The notes beneath the pieces are model-generated. The model made no database searches. It was not told the origin of the DNA and worked only from the letters and a program-made list of their open reading frames with translations. From an uncultured Acidobacteriota bacterium (GTDB lineage: Bacteria > Acidobacteriota > UBA6911): a stretch of DNA of 64,000 nucleotides. The position numbers and the translations under genes are program-made. How positions within the stretch are numbered: the stretch's first letter is position 1; the number at the start of each line of letters is the position of its first letter. This document shows, in pieces, positions 53,890-64,000 of the stretch. Where the stretch lies: assembly GCA_963843575.1 (NCBI GenBank), contig CAWJKZ010000019.1, forward strand, positions 320,001 to 384,000. Direction: 5' to 3'.

Positions 53890-54597
53890 TTACCTGCCCG
53901 GTTCACTTCCCCGGGAGCGTTTCAGCCTGTCTCTGAAACGTGCCCGCCAGCCTTCGGACAGCGGTTTCAGCCCGACGGCCGCGCGCAGGTCGCGGACATC
54001 GTCTTCGGAGCAGTCTTCGGCAAAGTAGAGCTGGACCGAACGGCTGATGCTCAGCGAGTTCTCCTCCCGGCCGACGCACTCGATGGCATCCCCGGCCCCG
54101 ATGTCCCCCTCACGCAAGACGGCCAGGTAAAACCCCGTGCGCCCGCTGGCGAGGAATCGGCGGGGCATGTCTTCGCGTCCGAATTTGATGCCCAGCTTGT
54201 AGCAGGGCAGCCTCGGCTGCGTCACCATCACCTCGGCGGAACCGATCCGGAAGCGGTCCCCGATCCACACCGTCGACTCGTCGAGACCGTGGGTGGTGAG
54301 GTTCTCGCCGAACATCCCCCACGGCCAGCCTGGAGAGGAGAGTTCCACCCGCCAGAAATCGTAGTGCTCGTCCGGGTAGGCGTATGCCGCCTTGACGGCC
54401 CCGCCATGGACCGACAGGTCGGCCTGCCCGTCGCCCTCGAAATTGAGGGTGCGCAGCGTGAGCCGGCTCCGGACCGCCTCCTTGAAGATGCCGGTGGTGA
54501 TTGTCTTTCCGCCCCACTCGATTTCGCGCGGCAGTCCCGTGTTGACGGAGACGACCCGGCCCTGCGGAGGTCGGTTTGGCTGAGGTTCTGCGCTCAT
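53890..54597 (-). CDS. MOSC-domain protein (YiiM-like)
   Basis: TTGIFKE, GDGQADLSVHGG, FGENLT, QPRLPCYKL, RTGFY. Confidence 0.92.
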   Translation of the reverse strand: MSAEPQPNRPPQGRVVSVNTGLPREIEWGGKTITTGIFKEAVRSRLTLRTLNFEGDGQADLSVHGGAVKAAYAYPDEHYDFWRVELSSPGWPWGMFGENLTTHGLDESTVWIGDRFRIGSAEVMVTQPRLPCYKLGIKFGREDMPRRFLASGRTGFYLAVLREGDIGAGDAIECVGREENSLSISRSVQLYFAEDCSEDDVRDLRAAVGLKPLSEGWRARFRDRLKRSRGSEPGR

Positions 54598-54815
54598 ATG
54601 AGAAAGATGATAGCACCATTCTGTGCGGCGGTTCCTCCGCGGAACCCCTCGGCGGCGGGCCGCGCCGGACTGCCGTTGGACCGCAAAGGAAGGTGAACCG
54701 ACGCCATGTGCTTTTGAGACCGCGGCGGGGCTGAAAGCCCGTTTCTGCTTGAGCGCGAATTCTTTCGCGAATCGTGCTAGGCTGAGCTCACAACTTCGAA
54801 CGCGAGAGGTCGGCC

Positions 54816-56207
54816 ATGAACGATCCCACCAAAGCTCAGACTACCCGTCGTGAATTCATCAAGACCACCGGCAAGTTGGCCGCGGGCACGGCCCTGGCCA
54901 ACGTCGCCCTCCCACACGTCCACGCCGCCGGCAGCGACCTGATCCGGATCGCGCTGATCGGCGCCGGCGGACGGGGCAGCGGAGCCGCCCAGAACGCGTT
55001 GTCGGTCAAGCGCGGCCCCGTCAAGCTGGTCGCCGTCGGCGACGTATTTGGCGAGCGGCTGCAGAAAACCCTGAGCGGGCTGCAGCAGAAGTTCGCCGGC
55101 CAGACCGACGTGCCGCCGGATCGGCAGTTTATCGGCTTCGACGCCTACAAGAACGCCATGGACTGCCTGAAGCCGGGCGACATCGCGATCTTCGCCACGC
55201 CGCCGGCGTTCCGCTGGGTGCACTTCTCCTACGCGATCGAAAAGGGCCTCAACGTCTTCATGGAAAAGCCGGTGACCGCGGACGGCCCGACCAGCAAGCG
55301 CATGCTCAAGCTCGGCGAAGACGCCTCGGCCAAGAACCTCAAGGTGGGAGTGGGTTTGATGTCGCGTCACAGCCGGGCGCTCCAGGAACTGGCCAAGCGT
55401 GTTCACGACGGCGAGATCGGCGACATCATCCTGCAGCGTGGCTACCGCATGCACGGGCCCGGGGGATTCTTCCTCTCCCTCCCGAAACCGGCCGGCATCA
55501 GCGACCTGCTCTACCAGGTGCAGCGCTTTCACAGTTTCATCTGGGCGAGCGGCGGCAACTTCAGCGACTTCTACATTCACCTGGTCGATCACCTCGGCTG
55601 GATGAAGAACGCCTGGCCGGTGCGGGCACAGGCCGTGGGTGGCCGCCACTACCGGCAGAGTCCGGAAGGGATCACCTACGTCGACCAGAATTTCGACGTC
55701 TATTCGGTGGAATACACCTACGCCGACGGGACGAAGTTCTATTTCGACGGGAGGTGCATCACGGGGTGCCAGCAGATCTACGCCAGCTACCTCCACGGCA
55801 CCAAGGGGATGGGGATTGCTTCGAAGAGCGGCGACTGCGGGATGCCTTCCAGCCTGTACAAGAGCCAACTGCCGTCGCCCGCAGACATGCTCTGGGAATC
55901 CGAGGTCGCCGAGGACGAGCGGAACCCGTACCAGAACGAATGGAACGACCTGCTGGACGCCATCCGGGACGACAAGCCCTACAACGAGGTGGCGCGCGGC
56001 GTCGAGGCCAGCCTTGTGGCGAGCATGGGGCGAATGTCCGCCCACACCGGCCGGGAAATCACGTTCGAGGAGATGCTGAACTGCGATCACGAAATGGCGC
56101 CGGGCCTGGACAAGCTGACGATGGACTCGCCCGCCCCGCTGCCCCCGGATGCCAACGGGCGATACCCCGTCCCGCAGCCCGGGATCGTGACCGAGCGCGA
56201 GTACTGA
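54816..56207 (+). CDS. Tat-exported Gfo/Idh/MocA oxidoreductase
   Basis: TRREFIK twin-Arg signal, IGAGGRGSGA, ATPPAFR, MEKPV. Confidence 0.9.
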   Translation: MNDPTKAQTTRREFIKTTGKLAAGTALANVALPHVHAAGSDLIRIALIGAGGRGSGAAQNALSVKRGPVKLVAVGDVFGERLQKTLSGLQQKFAGQTDVPPDRQFIGFDAYKNAMDCLKPGDIAIFATPPAFRWVHFSYAIEKGLNVFMEKPVTADGPTSKRMLKLGEDASAKNLKVGVGLMSRHSRALQELAKRVHDGEIGDIILQRGYRMHGPGGFFLSLPKPAGISDLLYQVQRFHSFIWASGGNFSDFYIHLVDHLGWMKNAWPVRAQAVGGRHYRQSPEGITYVDQNFDVYSVEYTYADGTKFYFDGRCITGCQQIYASYLHGTKGMGIASKSGDCGMPSSLYKSQLPSPADMLWESEVAEDERNPYQNEWNDLLDAIRDDKPYNEVARGVEASLVASMGRMSAHTGREITFEEMLNCDHEMAPGLDKLTMDSPAPLPPDANGRYPVPQPGIVTEREY

Positions 56208-56257
56208 GGCGAAACCGTCAGCCGGAAAGGAGCCATTCACGACGTTCGTGCAGGGAT

Positions 56258-57778
56258 TCACCGCTTCAGCCGCGCGGGTTTCAAGGTCCACGCCTGCAGC
56301 CGCGCGAGCTCCATGACCGCCGGGGCGCGAAATCCTTCCGGGAAGATCACCCAATCCCAGAGACTGCCCGAGTCCTGTGCCACGTATTTGGCTGCAGTGA
56401 ACGTGCCGGGCATTATCCGGACCTGTTCCGGGTGGCGGCCCTTTTCGGCGGTTTCCTCCAGTAGCGCGGCGATGGTGGCCAGGTATGTCTCCGGCGGGAT
56501 CGGCACCGCGCCCAGCCAGACTTCGTCGGGCACGCGCCGGCGGCTGCGGCAAAAGCCGTCGACGTCTGCGACCGTTGCGGCGAAAGACGCCCAGGGGACG
56601 GTCCGGGGCGGGGCGGGGCGGCCGGACACGGCGAACGGCCGGGCGGGCCCGTCCAGGGCGCTTATCGTGACGTAGCCGTCCGCCTGCTTGCCCGGGTCCG
56701 AGCGCTTCATCGCCTCCTGCTGCAGCAGCCAGAAGACCTCCGCGGCGGAGACCGACAGGCCGTCGAGCTGCTGAAACGTCACGCCGGAACCGACCCCGCG
56801 CGCGAGGGTCCGGATCTCGTCGTTGCCGAAGCGGTGCTCCGCGGCTGGATCGGCGTAGAGCTGCTTCAGGTCGGACGCGGTTACGAACCGGACGCCCGGC
56901 AGCTCTTTGATGAAACGGACATACTGCTCGAAGTCCGCGAACCCCTTTTCGACCGCCGCGGCCGGCTTGGTCGGTGGAAGCTTCCAGTCTTCCGGCGGCG
57001 GGTTGTTCCCGCGGCTGAAATTCACCCCGTCCCAGAATTCCTTGTGGACGAACTCGCACGGGTGGTAGTAGATGCTGAGCGTCCCGCCGCCGCGGGCCCG
57101 CACGGCCTCCCGGGCCTTCAGAAATTGCTGCCGGGCGTTGGCCAGGTTTTGCGCCCCGTCGAGGTCCAGCCGCACGACGGCCTCGCCGAGGTTGAACACG
57201 TTCAGCATCCCGCCGTAGAAAAAGGGCTGGCCGTTCAACCCGACGTGCCTGGCTTCGTCCAGATACATCGTGATGCCGAGGCTTCGAAGCGCGGGGTATG
57301 CCTGTGGCGCCCAGGAGCTGCCTGGCTGGCCGTAGCACACCGGGACCGTTCCGAAAATCCTGCGCACGTCGGCGGCGCCGGAGCCTTCGCGCCGCAGGAA
57401 CTCGGCGATGCCGTCATCCCAGCCCGCATCGCCCAGGTAGACCGCGACGGTCGGCTGCCGGCTGTGCCAGTTGGAGTGGTAACCGATGTCGTGCTTCTGC
57501 AGCGCACGGATCACGTCGGTCCGGCCGCGCCGCTCGAGCACACGCGCTTTTTCGCCCACGACCTTGAAGGTGGCCCGGACGTCGAGGCGCGTCAGTATCT
57601 CGGCCAGCCGCTTCGCAGCGTCGTCGCTCTGGGGCAGGATGTAGTCTTCCGTGTCGAACCACAAGGTGACATAAACGGGCGCGGCTGCGTCCTGCGCCCC
57701 GAGGCCACGCGGGGCCACGCAGCAGAGGAGCGGCAGCAACGCGAGCAGCAGGGCGAATTTCCGCCAACCTGAACTCAT
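56258..57778 (-). CDS. Exported polysaccharide-deacetylase-like (NodB fold) protein
   Basis: Signal peptide; TLWFDTED, ATFKVVGE, IGYHSNWH, YYHPCEF. Confidence 0.7.
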   Translation of the reverse strand: MSSGWRKFALLLALLPLLCCVAPRGLGAQDAAAPVYVTLWFDTEDYILPQSDDAAKRLAEILTRLDVRATFKVVGEKARVLERRGRTDVIRALQKHDIGYHSNWHSRQPTVAVYLGDAGWDDGIAEFLRREGSGAADVRRIFGTVPVCYGQPGSSWAPQAYPALRSLGITMYLDEARHVGLNGQPFFYGGMLNVFNLGEAVVRLDLDGAQNLANARQQFLKAREAVRARGGGTLSIYYHPCEFVHKEFWDGVNFSRGNNPPPEDWKLPPTKPAAAVEKGFADFEQYVRFIKELPGVRFVTASDLKQLYADPAAEHRFGNDEIRTLARGVGSGVTFQQLDGLSVSAAEVFWLLQQEAMKRSDPGKQADGYVTISALDGPARPFAVSGRPAPPRTVPWASFAATVADVDGFCRSRRRVPDEVWLGAVPIPPETYLATIAALLEETAEKGRHPEQVRIMPGTFTAAKYVAQDSGSLWDWVIFPEGFRAPAVMELARLQAWTLKPARLKR

Positions 57779-57798
57779 TTGTCCATTCCTCCAACTTT

Positions 57799-57981
57799 GG
57801 AGTGCGGCGGCTCGACGGCTCGACGCCGCTTTCACTTACGCCCCAGAGCCGGAATGCCAGGCGCCTCGGCGCCCCAGCAGGACGCGGATTTTCACGGATT
57901 TCACGAATTAACGCGGCCTGTCACCAAGTCAACATCCGCGTGAATCAGCGCAAATCCGCGTCCTGGAATCGTTAGCGTATT
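57799..57981. repeat. Family 5 REP (with 8-bp internal duplication) plus family 1 element
   Basis: GGAGTGCGGCGGCTCGACGGCTCGACGCCGCTTT; CAGGACGCGGATTTTCACGGAT...ATCCGCGTCCTGGAATCGTTAGCGTATT. Confidence 0.75.
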
Positions 57982-58135
57982 CATCGAATCGCGACCCTGC
58001 CGTGCAGCCAAGCTCCGACGCCGGTGATTCTACACCCGATCGGGGCGCGTCCCGGGTTCAGTCTGTGTTGAAGCCGAGGCTCCGCACTGCACTTCGGTGT
58101 AGAATCGCGCTGCACAAAACGAAAGGGGCTGGAAA

Positions 58136-59029
58136 ATGGATTATCGACGCACGGCCGTACTGGTCGCATCATTTCTGGCTGCAACGGCAGGCCTGATGTG
58201 CGGGCAGGAGCAGGCAAGGCCAATCGCCGAGCTGAGGCGCATGGAGCCGCAGGTCGGCACCATGGACAACAGCGGCAGGAAGACAGGCCGCGGCATAGTC
58301 TGGGCGGAATCGAGCGGGCCCGTCGTGGCGGAGTTTGCCAGGGCATGCGACACGGCCGTCATACCGGTCGGCTGCGTGGAGATGCACGGGCCGCACAATC
58401 CCACCGGGACCGACTCGATTAACGTCGAGCGGATCTGCCGGCTCGCCGCGGTGCAGGAGCCGTTCATCATCCTGCCGACGATCTACTACAACATCAACGA
58501 CCAGATGATGAGCTACCCGGGCACGATCTCGATACCCCATCGAGTCCTGATCGACACCTGGCGGGCGATTTTCAAAGAGTGTGCGCGCAACGGCTTCAAG
58601 CGCATCGTGCCGGTGTGCGGGCACGGCGGGTCGCAGGAGCCCCTCATCGTCGCGCAGGCCGAGGTCCTGCAGGAATCCTACGAAGGGGTGCCCGTCGATT
58701 ACCAGGTGTTCCGCATAGAGACCTTCGGGATGGCAGAGCCCGCGGCCCTCGGTGGCCACGGGGGAGGCGGTGAGACTGCCCGCGTCATGGACGCGTTGCC
58801 GGGCCTGGTCGACCTAGCAAAGGCGACGGGTGAAGGTCCCAACATCAGACCGGTCGCGAGTCCCGCGGATTATCGCATTCCCTGGATCCGGAACGTGCCG
58901 AAGGGCTACCAGGGGCGCCCGGAGCTCGCCACACGGGAACTGGGCGAGAAGCTCAACCGGGAACTCGCCGCGAAGCTTGTGGAAATCATCCGCAAGATCA
59001 AGGCTGTCGACCTGAAGACGAGCCCCTAA
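58136..59029 (+). CDS. Creatininase-family amidohydrolase with signal-like N-terminus
   Basis: PVGCVEMHGPHNPTGTD, YPGTISI, GHGGS, HGGGGETA. Confidence 0.85.
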   Translation: MDYRRTAVLVASFLAATAGLMCGQEQARPIAELRRMEPQVGTMDNSGRKTGRGIVWAESSGPVVAEFARACDTAVIPVGCVEMHGPHNPTGTDSINVERICRLAAVQEPFIILPTIYYNINDQMMSYPGTISIPHRVLIDTWRAIFKECARNGFKRIVPVCGHGGSQEPLIVAQAEVLQESYEGVPVDYQVFRIETFGMAEPAALGGHGGGGETARVMDALPGLVDLAKATGEGPNIRPVASPADYRIPWIRNVPKGYQGRPELATRELGEKLNRELAAKLVEIIRKIKAVDLKTSP

Positions 59030-59059
59030 ACGGTGTTTCTCTTGGCGGAAACTGATTGG

Positions 59060-59378
59060 GGAGTGCGGCGGCTCGACGCCACCACAGGCCGAGGTCGCAG
59101 GGTCGCATCTCGCGATTCGGCGCGGCGCCGAGGCGCCGCACTCCAGATTACTTCAGTTCGTCCGGATTGAACGTCAACATCTCGAAGACCCTTCAGACAG
59201 TGCGCAGGCGACTCAAAATCCCTCGGACGCGGATGAACGCTGGCAAGGCTCGACGGGGCGCCCCGTCGAGCTTTGCACACGGATCAAAGCAAACTTAGGG
59301 TTCGCGCAAGAATGAGTTCACATTTTGGCGCGAGCCCTAAGCTACAACGTAAATCCGCGAGAATCCGCGTTCCAGGAA
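59060..59378. repeat. Composite REP/MITE cluster (families 5, 1 and 3)
   Basis: GGAG REP pair 59060-59144; GGACGCGGAT...ATCCGCGTTCC arms enclosing hairpin GCTCGACGGGGCGCCCCGTCGAGC and minimal MITE CTTAGGGTTCGCGCAAGAATGAGTTCACATTTTGGCGCGAGCCCTAAG. Confidence 0.75.
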
Positions 59379-59502
59379 GTTTGCACGATCCCCAGTGTCT
59401 GAATCGCAGATGCGGCCGCGGCCCACTTGGCATTTCGAATGCCGCCGTGTTAGTTTCGTGCGCTTGTGTGCAGCACCTCACCCCTGCGAGCGAGTGGTGT
59501 AA

Positions 59503-60843
59503 ATGGACGACAACCCTGTTCGCCTCAGGCGTGTTCTCGGTCTGTGGGACCTGATTTTCTACGGGATTGTCCTCATACAGCCGATTGCGCCGGTCGGTAT
59601 ATTCGGAGTAGCTGCCGGAATCTCGCGCGGGCACGTTTCGACCACCCTCGTGATTGCGATGTTCGCCATGATGTTGACCGCCTACAGCTACGGGCAGATG
59701 TCGATTCTGTACCCGACGGCGGGATCGGCGTACACCTACGTGGGACGGGGTCTCAATCTGCACCTCGGGTTTCTGACCGGTTGGGCGATGCTTCTCGACT
59801 ATCTCATCATTCCGGTCATCAATGTGATCTACCTGGCTCTGACGATCCGGCGGCTGGCGCCCGAAGTCCCCTACGTCGTCTGGGTCGCGGTAACGGCCAC
59901 TGTCCTCACTCTCATGAATCTCCAGCGCGTGCGGTTCACCGCGCGCACCAATCAGGCGATGCTTGCCGTCATGAGCGTCGTTATCCTTGCATTTGTCGTG
60001 CTTGCGGTTCGCTTCCTGTTCCGCGCCGCCGGATGGACCGGCTTGTTCTCGGTCCAGCCGTTCTATGATCCGGCTACCTTCGACCTGGGAAGCCTCGCGA
60101 CGGCAACTTCACTTGCGGCGCTCACATACATCGGCTTCGACGGAGTGACCACGCTTGCCGAAGAGGTGGAAGACCCGAAGCGCAATGTCCCACGGGCCAC
60201 TGTTCTGGTCTGCCTGTTTACCGGGCTGCTCAGTACCCTCGAGATTTACCTCGCCCAACGTGTCTGGCCCGACTACGGGACGTTTCCAAATCCCGAGACC
60301 GCCTTCCTCGACGTATGCGGCCGAATCGGCGGACCCCTGATGTTTCAGGCCATGGCGGCGATTCTCATCGTCGCCTGTTTCGGGAGCGGTCTGGCCGGCC
60401 AGCTCGGAGCCGCGCGTCTTCTTTTTGGCATGGGTCGGGATCGCGTGATCCACCCCGTGTTCGGAAAGCTGGGAGCACGCTCCGGTATCCCCGTCTGGAA
60501 CGTCGTCTTGATCGGCTTACTGACGCTGGCCGGAGCACTGCTGATCAATTACGAGAGGGCCGCTGAACTGCTCAATTTCGGGGCGTTCCTGGCTTTCATG
60601 GGCGTAAACCTGGCCATGGCCCGGAAGCGCTATTTCGGTGCCCCCCGCGACAGCCGGGCTATATGGAGTTCACTTGTCGTCCCCGGTACGGGATTCCTGT
60701 TCTGCGCCGTGATCTGGCTCAGCCTGCCAATACCGGCGAAGATCGCAGGTGGGGGTTGGCTGGTTGCGGGCATTATCTACCAGGCATTGAAGACACATGG
60801 CTTCAGGATCAAGCCTCCGGCAGTCGATTTCACCGAGGGCTGA
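59503..60843 (+). CDS. APC-family permease (putrescine importer PuuP-like)
   Basis: LGLWDLIFYG, PTAGSAYTY, YIGFDGVTTLAEE, LNFGAFLAFMGVN. Confidence 0.9.
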   Translation: MDDNPVRLRRVLGLWDLIFYGIVLIQPIAPVGIFGVAAGISRGHVSTTLVIAMFAMMLTAYSYGQMSILYPTAGSAYTYVGRGLNLHLGFLTGWAMLLDYLIIPVINVIYLALTIRRLAPEVPYVVWVAVTATVLTLMNLQRVRFTARTNQAMLAVMSVVILAFVVLAVRFLFRAAGWTGLFSVQPFYDPATFDLGSLATATSLAALTYIGFDGVTTLAEEVEDPKRNVPRATVLVCLFTGLLSTLEIYLAQRVWPDYGTFPNPETAFLDVCGRIGGPLMFQAMAAILIVACFGSGLAGQLGAARLLFGMGRDRVIHPVFGKLGARSGIPVWNVVLIGLLTLAGALLINYERAAELLNFGAFLAFMGVNLAMARKRYFGAPRDSRAIWSSLVVPGTGFLFCAVIWLSLPIPAKIAGGGWLVAGIIYQALKTHGFRIKPPAVDFTEG

Positions 60844-60972
60844 ACAGAACGCGGATTCCGCGGATCCAACGGATTCACGCGGAATGCCGGGCGCCGGCCT
60901 GTCGCTCCGTGTGGATCCGCGCGCATCCGCGTCCTGAAAAATACGATAGCGTATTGGCAAACATCAGTACTT
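60843..60972 (+). repeat. Family 1 element
   Basis: AACAGAACGCGGATTCCGCGGATCCAACGGATTCACGCGGA...ATCCGCGCGCATCCGCGTCCTGAAAAATACG...AACATCAGTACTT. Confidence 0.85.
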
Positions 60973-61183
60973 ACGCGATCAGAGTCTTGTTTCACCGACT
61001 TTCTGGATCCACTCGCGGGCCCACTCCACCGAGCCCCAATTCAGATCCATGGCAGTGCCGTAATTTGAGGGGGGGGCGGCTCAACTTCATCCCCGATTCG
61101 TTTTGTGGCATCGCTGTCCCTCTTCCAGCTGTTCTGGTTTGCGCCCGCCCGCGGCGGGCAGAGTACGAAGTGGCAGCGAGTGG

Positions 61184-61639
61184 TCAGGGTTTGCCGGCCC
61201 CGCAGTCGCACGCCGGGCACCCCTTGTCGAAAACCACCCGCCACTTTCCGTCCGGTTCGCGGCGCCACACGGAGTTGAAGGTGCCCGTGCGCTTGCCGGA
61301 CGCGTCGAACACCGGCCCGCTCGACAGGCCGAGCGTCCCGTTTGCGAGCACCTCGACCGTCTCGGGCTTCCACGAGAAGGGCGCGACGGCCCCTTCATAG
61401 AAGGTTTTCCAACCCTCTCGCACCGCATCGCGCCCGCGCAGGGGGCCGCGGCCCAGGAACACGGCGTCGTCTGCGACAAAGCTCGCGAAAGCCGCGAGAT
61501 CGCGCCTGGCCATCGTCTCGGCAAACGCCGCCTCGGCGGTGCGCACCTGCTCGACGAGCTCGGACTGAGTTTGTGCGGCCACGGGTCGCGGCGCGAGCAG
61601 TCCCATGGCGAAGAGAGCCAGAAAGGTCGAAATACCCAT
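61184..61639 (-). CDS. Exported NTF2-like (DUF4440/SnoaL-like) protein
   Basis: Signal peptide; AEAAFAETMARRD, FSWKPETVEV, FNSVWRREPDGKWRVVFDKG. Confidence 0.85.
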   Translation of the reverse strand: MGISTFLALFAMGLLAPRPVAAQTQSELVEQVRTAEAAFAETMARRDLAAFASFVADDAVFLGRGPLRGRDAVREGWKTFYEGAVAPFSWKPETVEVLANGTLGLSSGPVFDASGKRTGTFNSVWRREPDGKWRVVFDKGCPACDCGAGKP

Positions 61640-61734
61640 GATGGGAGTCCGGGTTTGGGGTGAAGTATCCACGGCATATGCCGCACTGTGTCGTTCGAGT
61701 GTACTGCCGCTTGTTTTCAAGCTCCGGAGCGCAG

Positions 61735-61808
61735 CGAGATTCTTGGAGAACCTTCGAGTCTTCGAGGTTTGCTTTTTTTACCTCCAAGGGGCTCTAAGAT
61801 TTTCAAAG
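61735..61808. repeat. Family 2 repeat, inverted pair
   Basis: CGAGATTCTTGGAGAACCTTCGAGTCTTCGAGGTT and ACCTCCAAGGGGCTCTAAGATTTTCAAAG. Confidence 0.6.
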
Positions 61809-62192
61809 CGGGGGCGCGGCACCCCGAGACGCCAAGTCGCGCATGAACTAATGTCGCTCTGTATAGTCGTGGACGTCGAGACAGTGTAGCAGGAATTGTC
61901 GTCTCAGCACCCACATACTCGCGGTCCGGCGCCGCCCCGGGAACGGATCAACCCGGGTAGTTGGCAATTCGAATCTTGCCATGCTAGGGTTGAACCAGTC
62001 CCGGGCGCGAAACCCCGGGCGATATGTATCGGAGGCCGGGAAGTGAATCCGTCCGGTACCTGTACCACGTGTCCGGCCGGACGTCCGCGCCGCGGTGCAG
62101 CGCAAAAAGTCGGCGGAGCTGACGCACGCAGGATCATCCGCTGCGAGGCAGGTCCCGCCCGCCCCCGGCGGGGCCTCTTCCGTGCAGCCTGT

Positions 62193-63681
62193 ATGAAACA
62201 AGGAAGGTCGCAACCGGTGGTGTTTCTGCGAGGCAACTGGCGGGGAATCCTGCTTTCCGCAGCAATCACGTTCTGCTCGTCGCCCTCGATGGCGGATGGG
62301 GGACCCCAGGCACCGCCGGTCCCCGATCTGGTGCCCGCCGAGCGGATCAACCTGGAGGACTTCGAACCCGCCGTCCGGGACCAGGTCAGCCGGCATTACG
62401 ACGAAGCACGCACAAAAGCCCAACGATGCCGCTGCCGTTGGAAAGCTCGGGATGATGTTCCACGTTTACGGCAGGTACGAGCTGGCCGACGACCTGCTAT
62501 CTTCGCGCCCGCGCGCTGGACCCCCGCTCGTTCCGCTGGCCGTATTACCTGGCCATCGTCGAAACGGCGCTCGGCAAGAATGACCAGGCCCTCGGCCCAT
62601 GTCCGTGACGCTCTCGGCGATCGACGGGGGCTACGCCCCTGCCCGGATCCGGCTGGCCCAGCTGCTGTTGGATTCCGGAGACGCCGAACAAAGCGCGAAG
62701 ATCTACCGTTCGGTCATCGCTCAGAACAAGAACCTCGCGACCGCTCACTTCGGCCTCGGGCAGGTGCTCGCGGCGCGGTCGGACTGGCAGGCTGCCATCG
62801 ATTCCTACCGCCGGGCCTGCGAGATCGCGGCAAACTATGCCGCCGCCCACTACGGCGCTCGGGATGGCTTACAGGAACACGGGTGACATGGCGAAGGCTC
62901 GCGAGCATCTCCAGCGCTACCAAGTCCTGAAGCAGAGCCAAGCAGCCCTCCGAAGATGCTCTGATGGACGAGGTGACGGCTCTCTATTCCGGGGGCCTCA
63001 CCCGCTTCGCGCAAGGTTCCGTCCTGTTTCAGCAGGGCAAGACCAAGGAGGCCATCCAGGAGTTTGAGGGCGCCCTCGAGGTGAACCCGCGACTCGTCAT
63101 GGCCCACATCAACCTGATCGCGCTTTACGGTCAGCTGAACCAGCCCGAGAAAGCCGAGGCGCATTTCAAGGCTGCGGTCGAGCTCGACCCGGGCTGGGTC
63201 GAGAGCTACTTCAACTGGGGATTCTTCCTGGCCCAGCACGGCAGGAAGACCGAGGCGGTCGAGCTATTTCAGAAGGCAGTCGAGGTCAACCCGAACTATC
63301 CCGAGGCGCGCGTCCAGCTCGGCATCCTGCTCGACGACGCGGGGCAGCCGGCAGCGGCCTCCGCCCACTACCTGCGTGCGCTGGAAATTAACCCCGGCCA
63401 CAGGCAGGCGCATTACTTCCTCGGGCGCAGCCTGCTTGCGCCAGGGGAAGGTGAAGGAGGCAATCCAGCACCTGCTCCAGACGACGCTCGTGGAGGACAC
63501 CTGGACTCCTGCCTGTCTGCAGGCCGTCGCCATCGCCTACGAGCGGAGCGGTAACCGGGAACGGGCCGTGCACTTCCTTCGCGAGGCCAGGCAACGCGCA
63601 CTGACGCTCCGGATGCAGGACATGGTTTCGCAGCTTCAACGGGACATCGACAGGCTCGCTTCGGAGGCCCACCGACCTTGA
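62193..63681 (+). CDS. Exported tetratricopeptide-repeat protein (several frameshifts)
   Basis: Consecutive frames give TPR motifs (AHFGLGQVL, EAIQEFEGALEVNP, YFNWGFFLAQ, AHYFLG); start approximate. Confidence 0.8.
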
Positions 63682-64000
63682 ACACGTGGCCCGCGAAACC
63701 TCGCTGCAATCGGCCTGTCGTACACGCGCTCCTCAGCCTCATGATTCTGCGGGCAGCGGCCCTTGCGGGCGCGGACGCGCCGGCGGTCGACGGCGGTGCC
63801 GTTTCAGGATGCAGCGGAGGAGACCGGACTCCGGTTCCGGCACTTCATCGGGGCCACCGGTTCGTACTTCGTCCCGGAGATTTTCGGTTCGGGAATCGCA
63901 GTCCTGGATTACGACGGGGACGGCGATCTCGATGTGTACATCCTGCAGGGCACGATCCTCGACAAGACAAAGTCTCTCAAGGACTCCCTCTTCCCGCCGC
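63678..64000 (+). CDS. CRTAC1/ASPIC-UnbV (FG-GAP repeat) protein, 5' part
   Basis: Manual translation: signal peptide, then (after a frameshift) TGLRFRHFIGATGSYFVPEIFGSGIAVLDYDGDGDLDVY; runs off the window. Confidence 0.8.
   Translation, partial: MNTWPAKPRCNRPVVHALLSLMILRAAALAGADAPAVDGGAVSGCSGGDRTPVPALHRGHRFVLRPGDFRFGNRSPGLRRGRRSRCVHPAGHDPRQDKVSQGLPLPA

Overview
GC-rich bacterial DNA, most likely Acidobacteriota (acidobacterial-type VWA protein, class D sortase, CRTAC1/FG-GAP and TPR proteins); this taxonomy is inference. Scattered single-base indels split several conserved genes, most plausibly long-read consensus errors. The first ~25.2 kb is a visibly less GC-rich, general-stress-type gene cluster: YihY, DUF883/holin-like/DUF3618, a 28-aa membrane microprotein, a frameshifted cyclic beta-1,2-glucan synthase, Hsp20, a secreted poly-Gln protein, stomatin, STAS protein, fatty-acid desaturase, zf-HC2 microprotein, B12 radical SAM, VWA plus sortase, and groES/groEL. 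The main discovery is that eight promoters in this cluster share one architecture: two TGAGC-N6-GMMC boxes exactly 22 bp apart, followed 22-23 nt later by a -10-like hexamer. This puts the proximal box at about -41.5 (CRP/FNR class II geometry) and defines a candidate undescribed regulon whose regulator is not in the window. An orphan copy of the groEL 3' end lies 8.3 kb upstream of groEL. The remainder holds carbohydrate and amine utilisation genes, pfkA, a SARP-regulator/diiron/OsmC module, GH15, an SPFH-Arc operon, a scrambled 46-49 kb region, and at least five families of REP/MITE-like palindromes. No rRNA, tRNA, CRISPR array, transposase or integrase was recognised.
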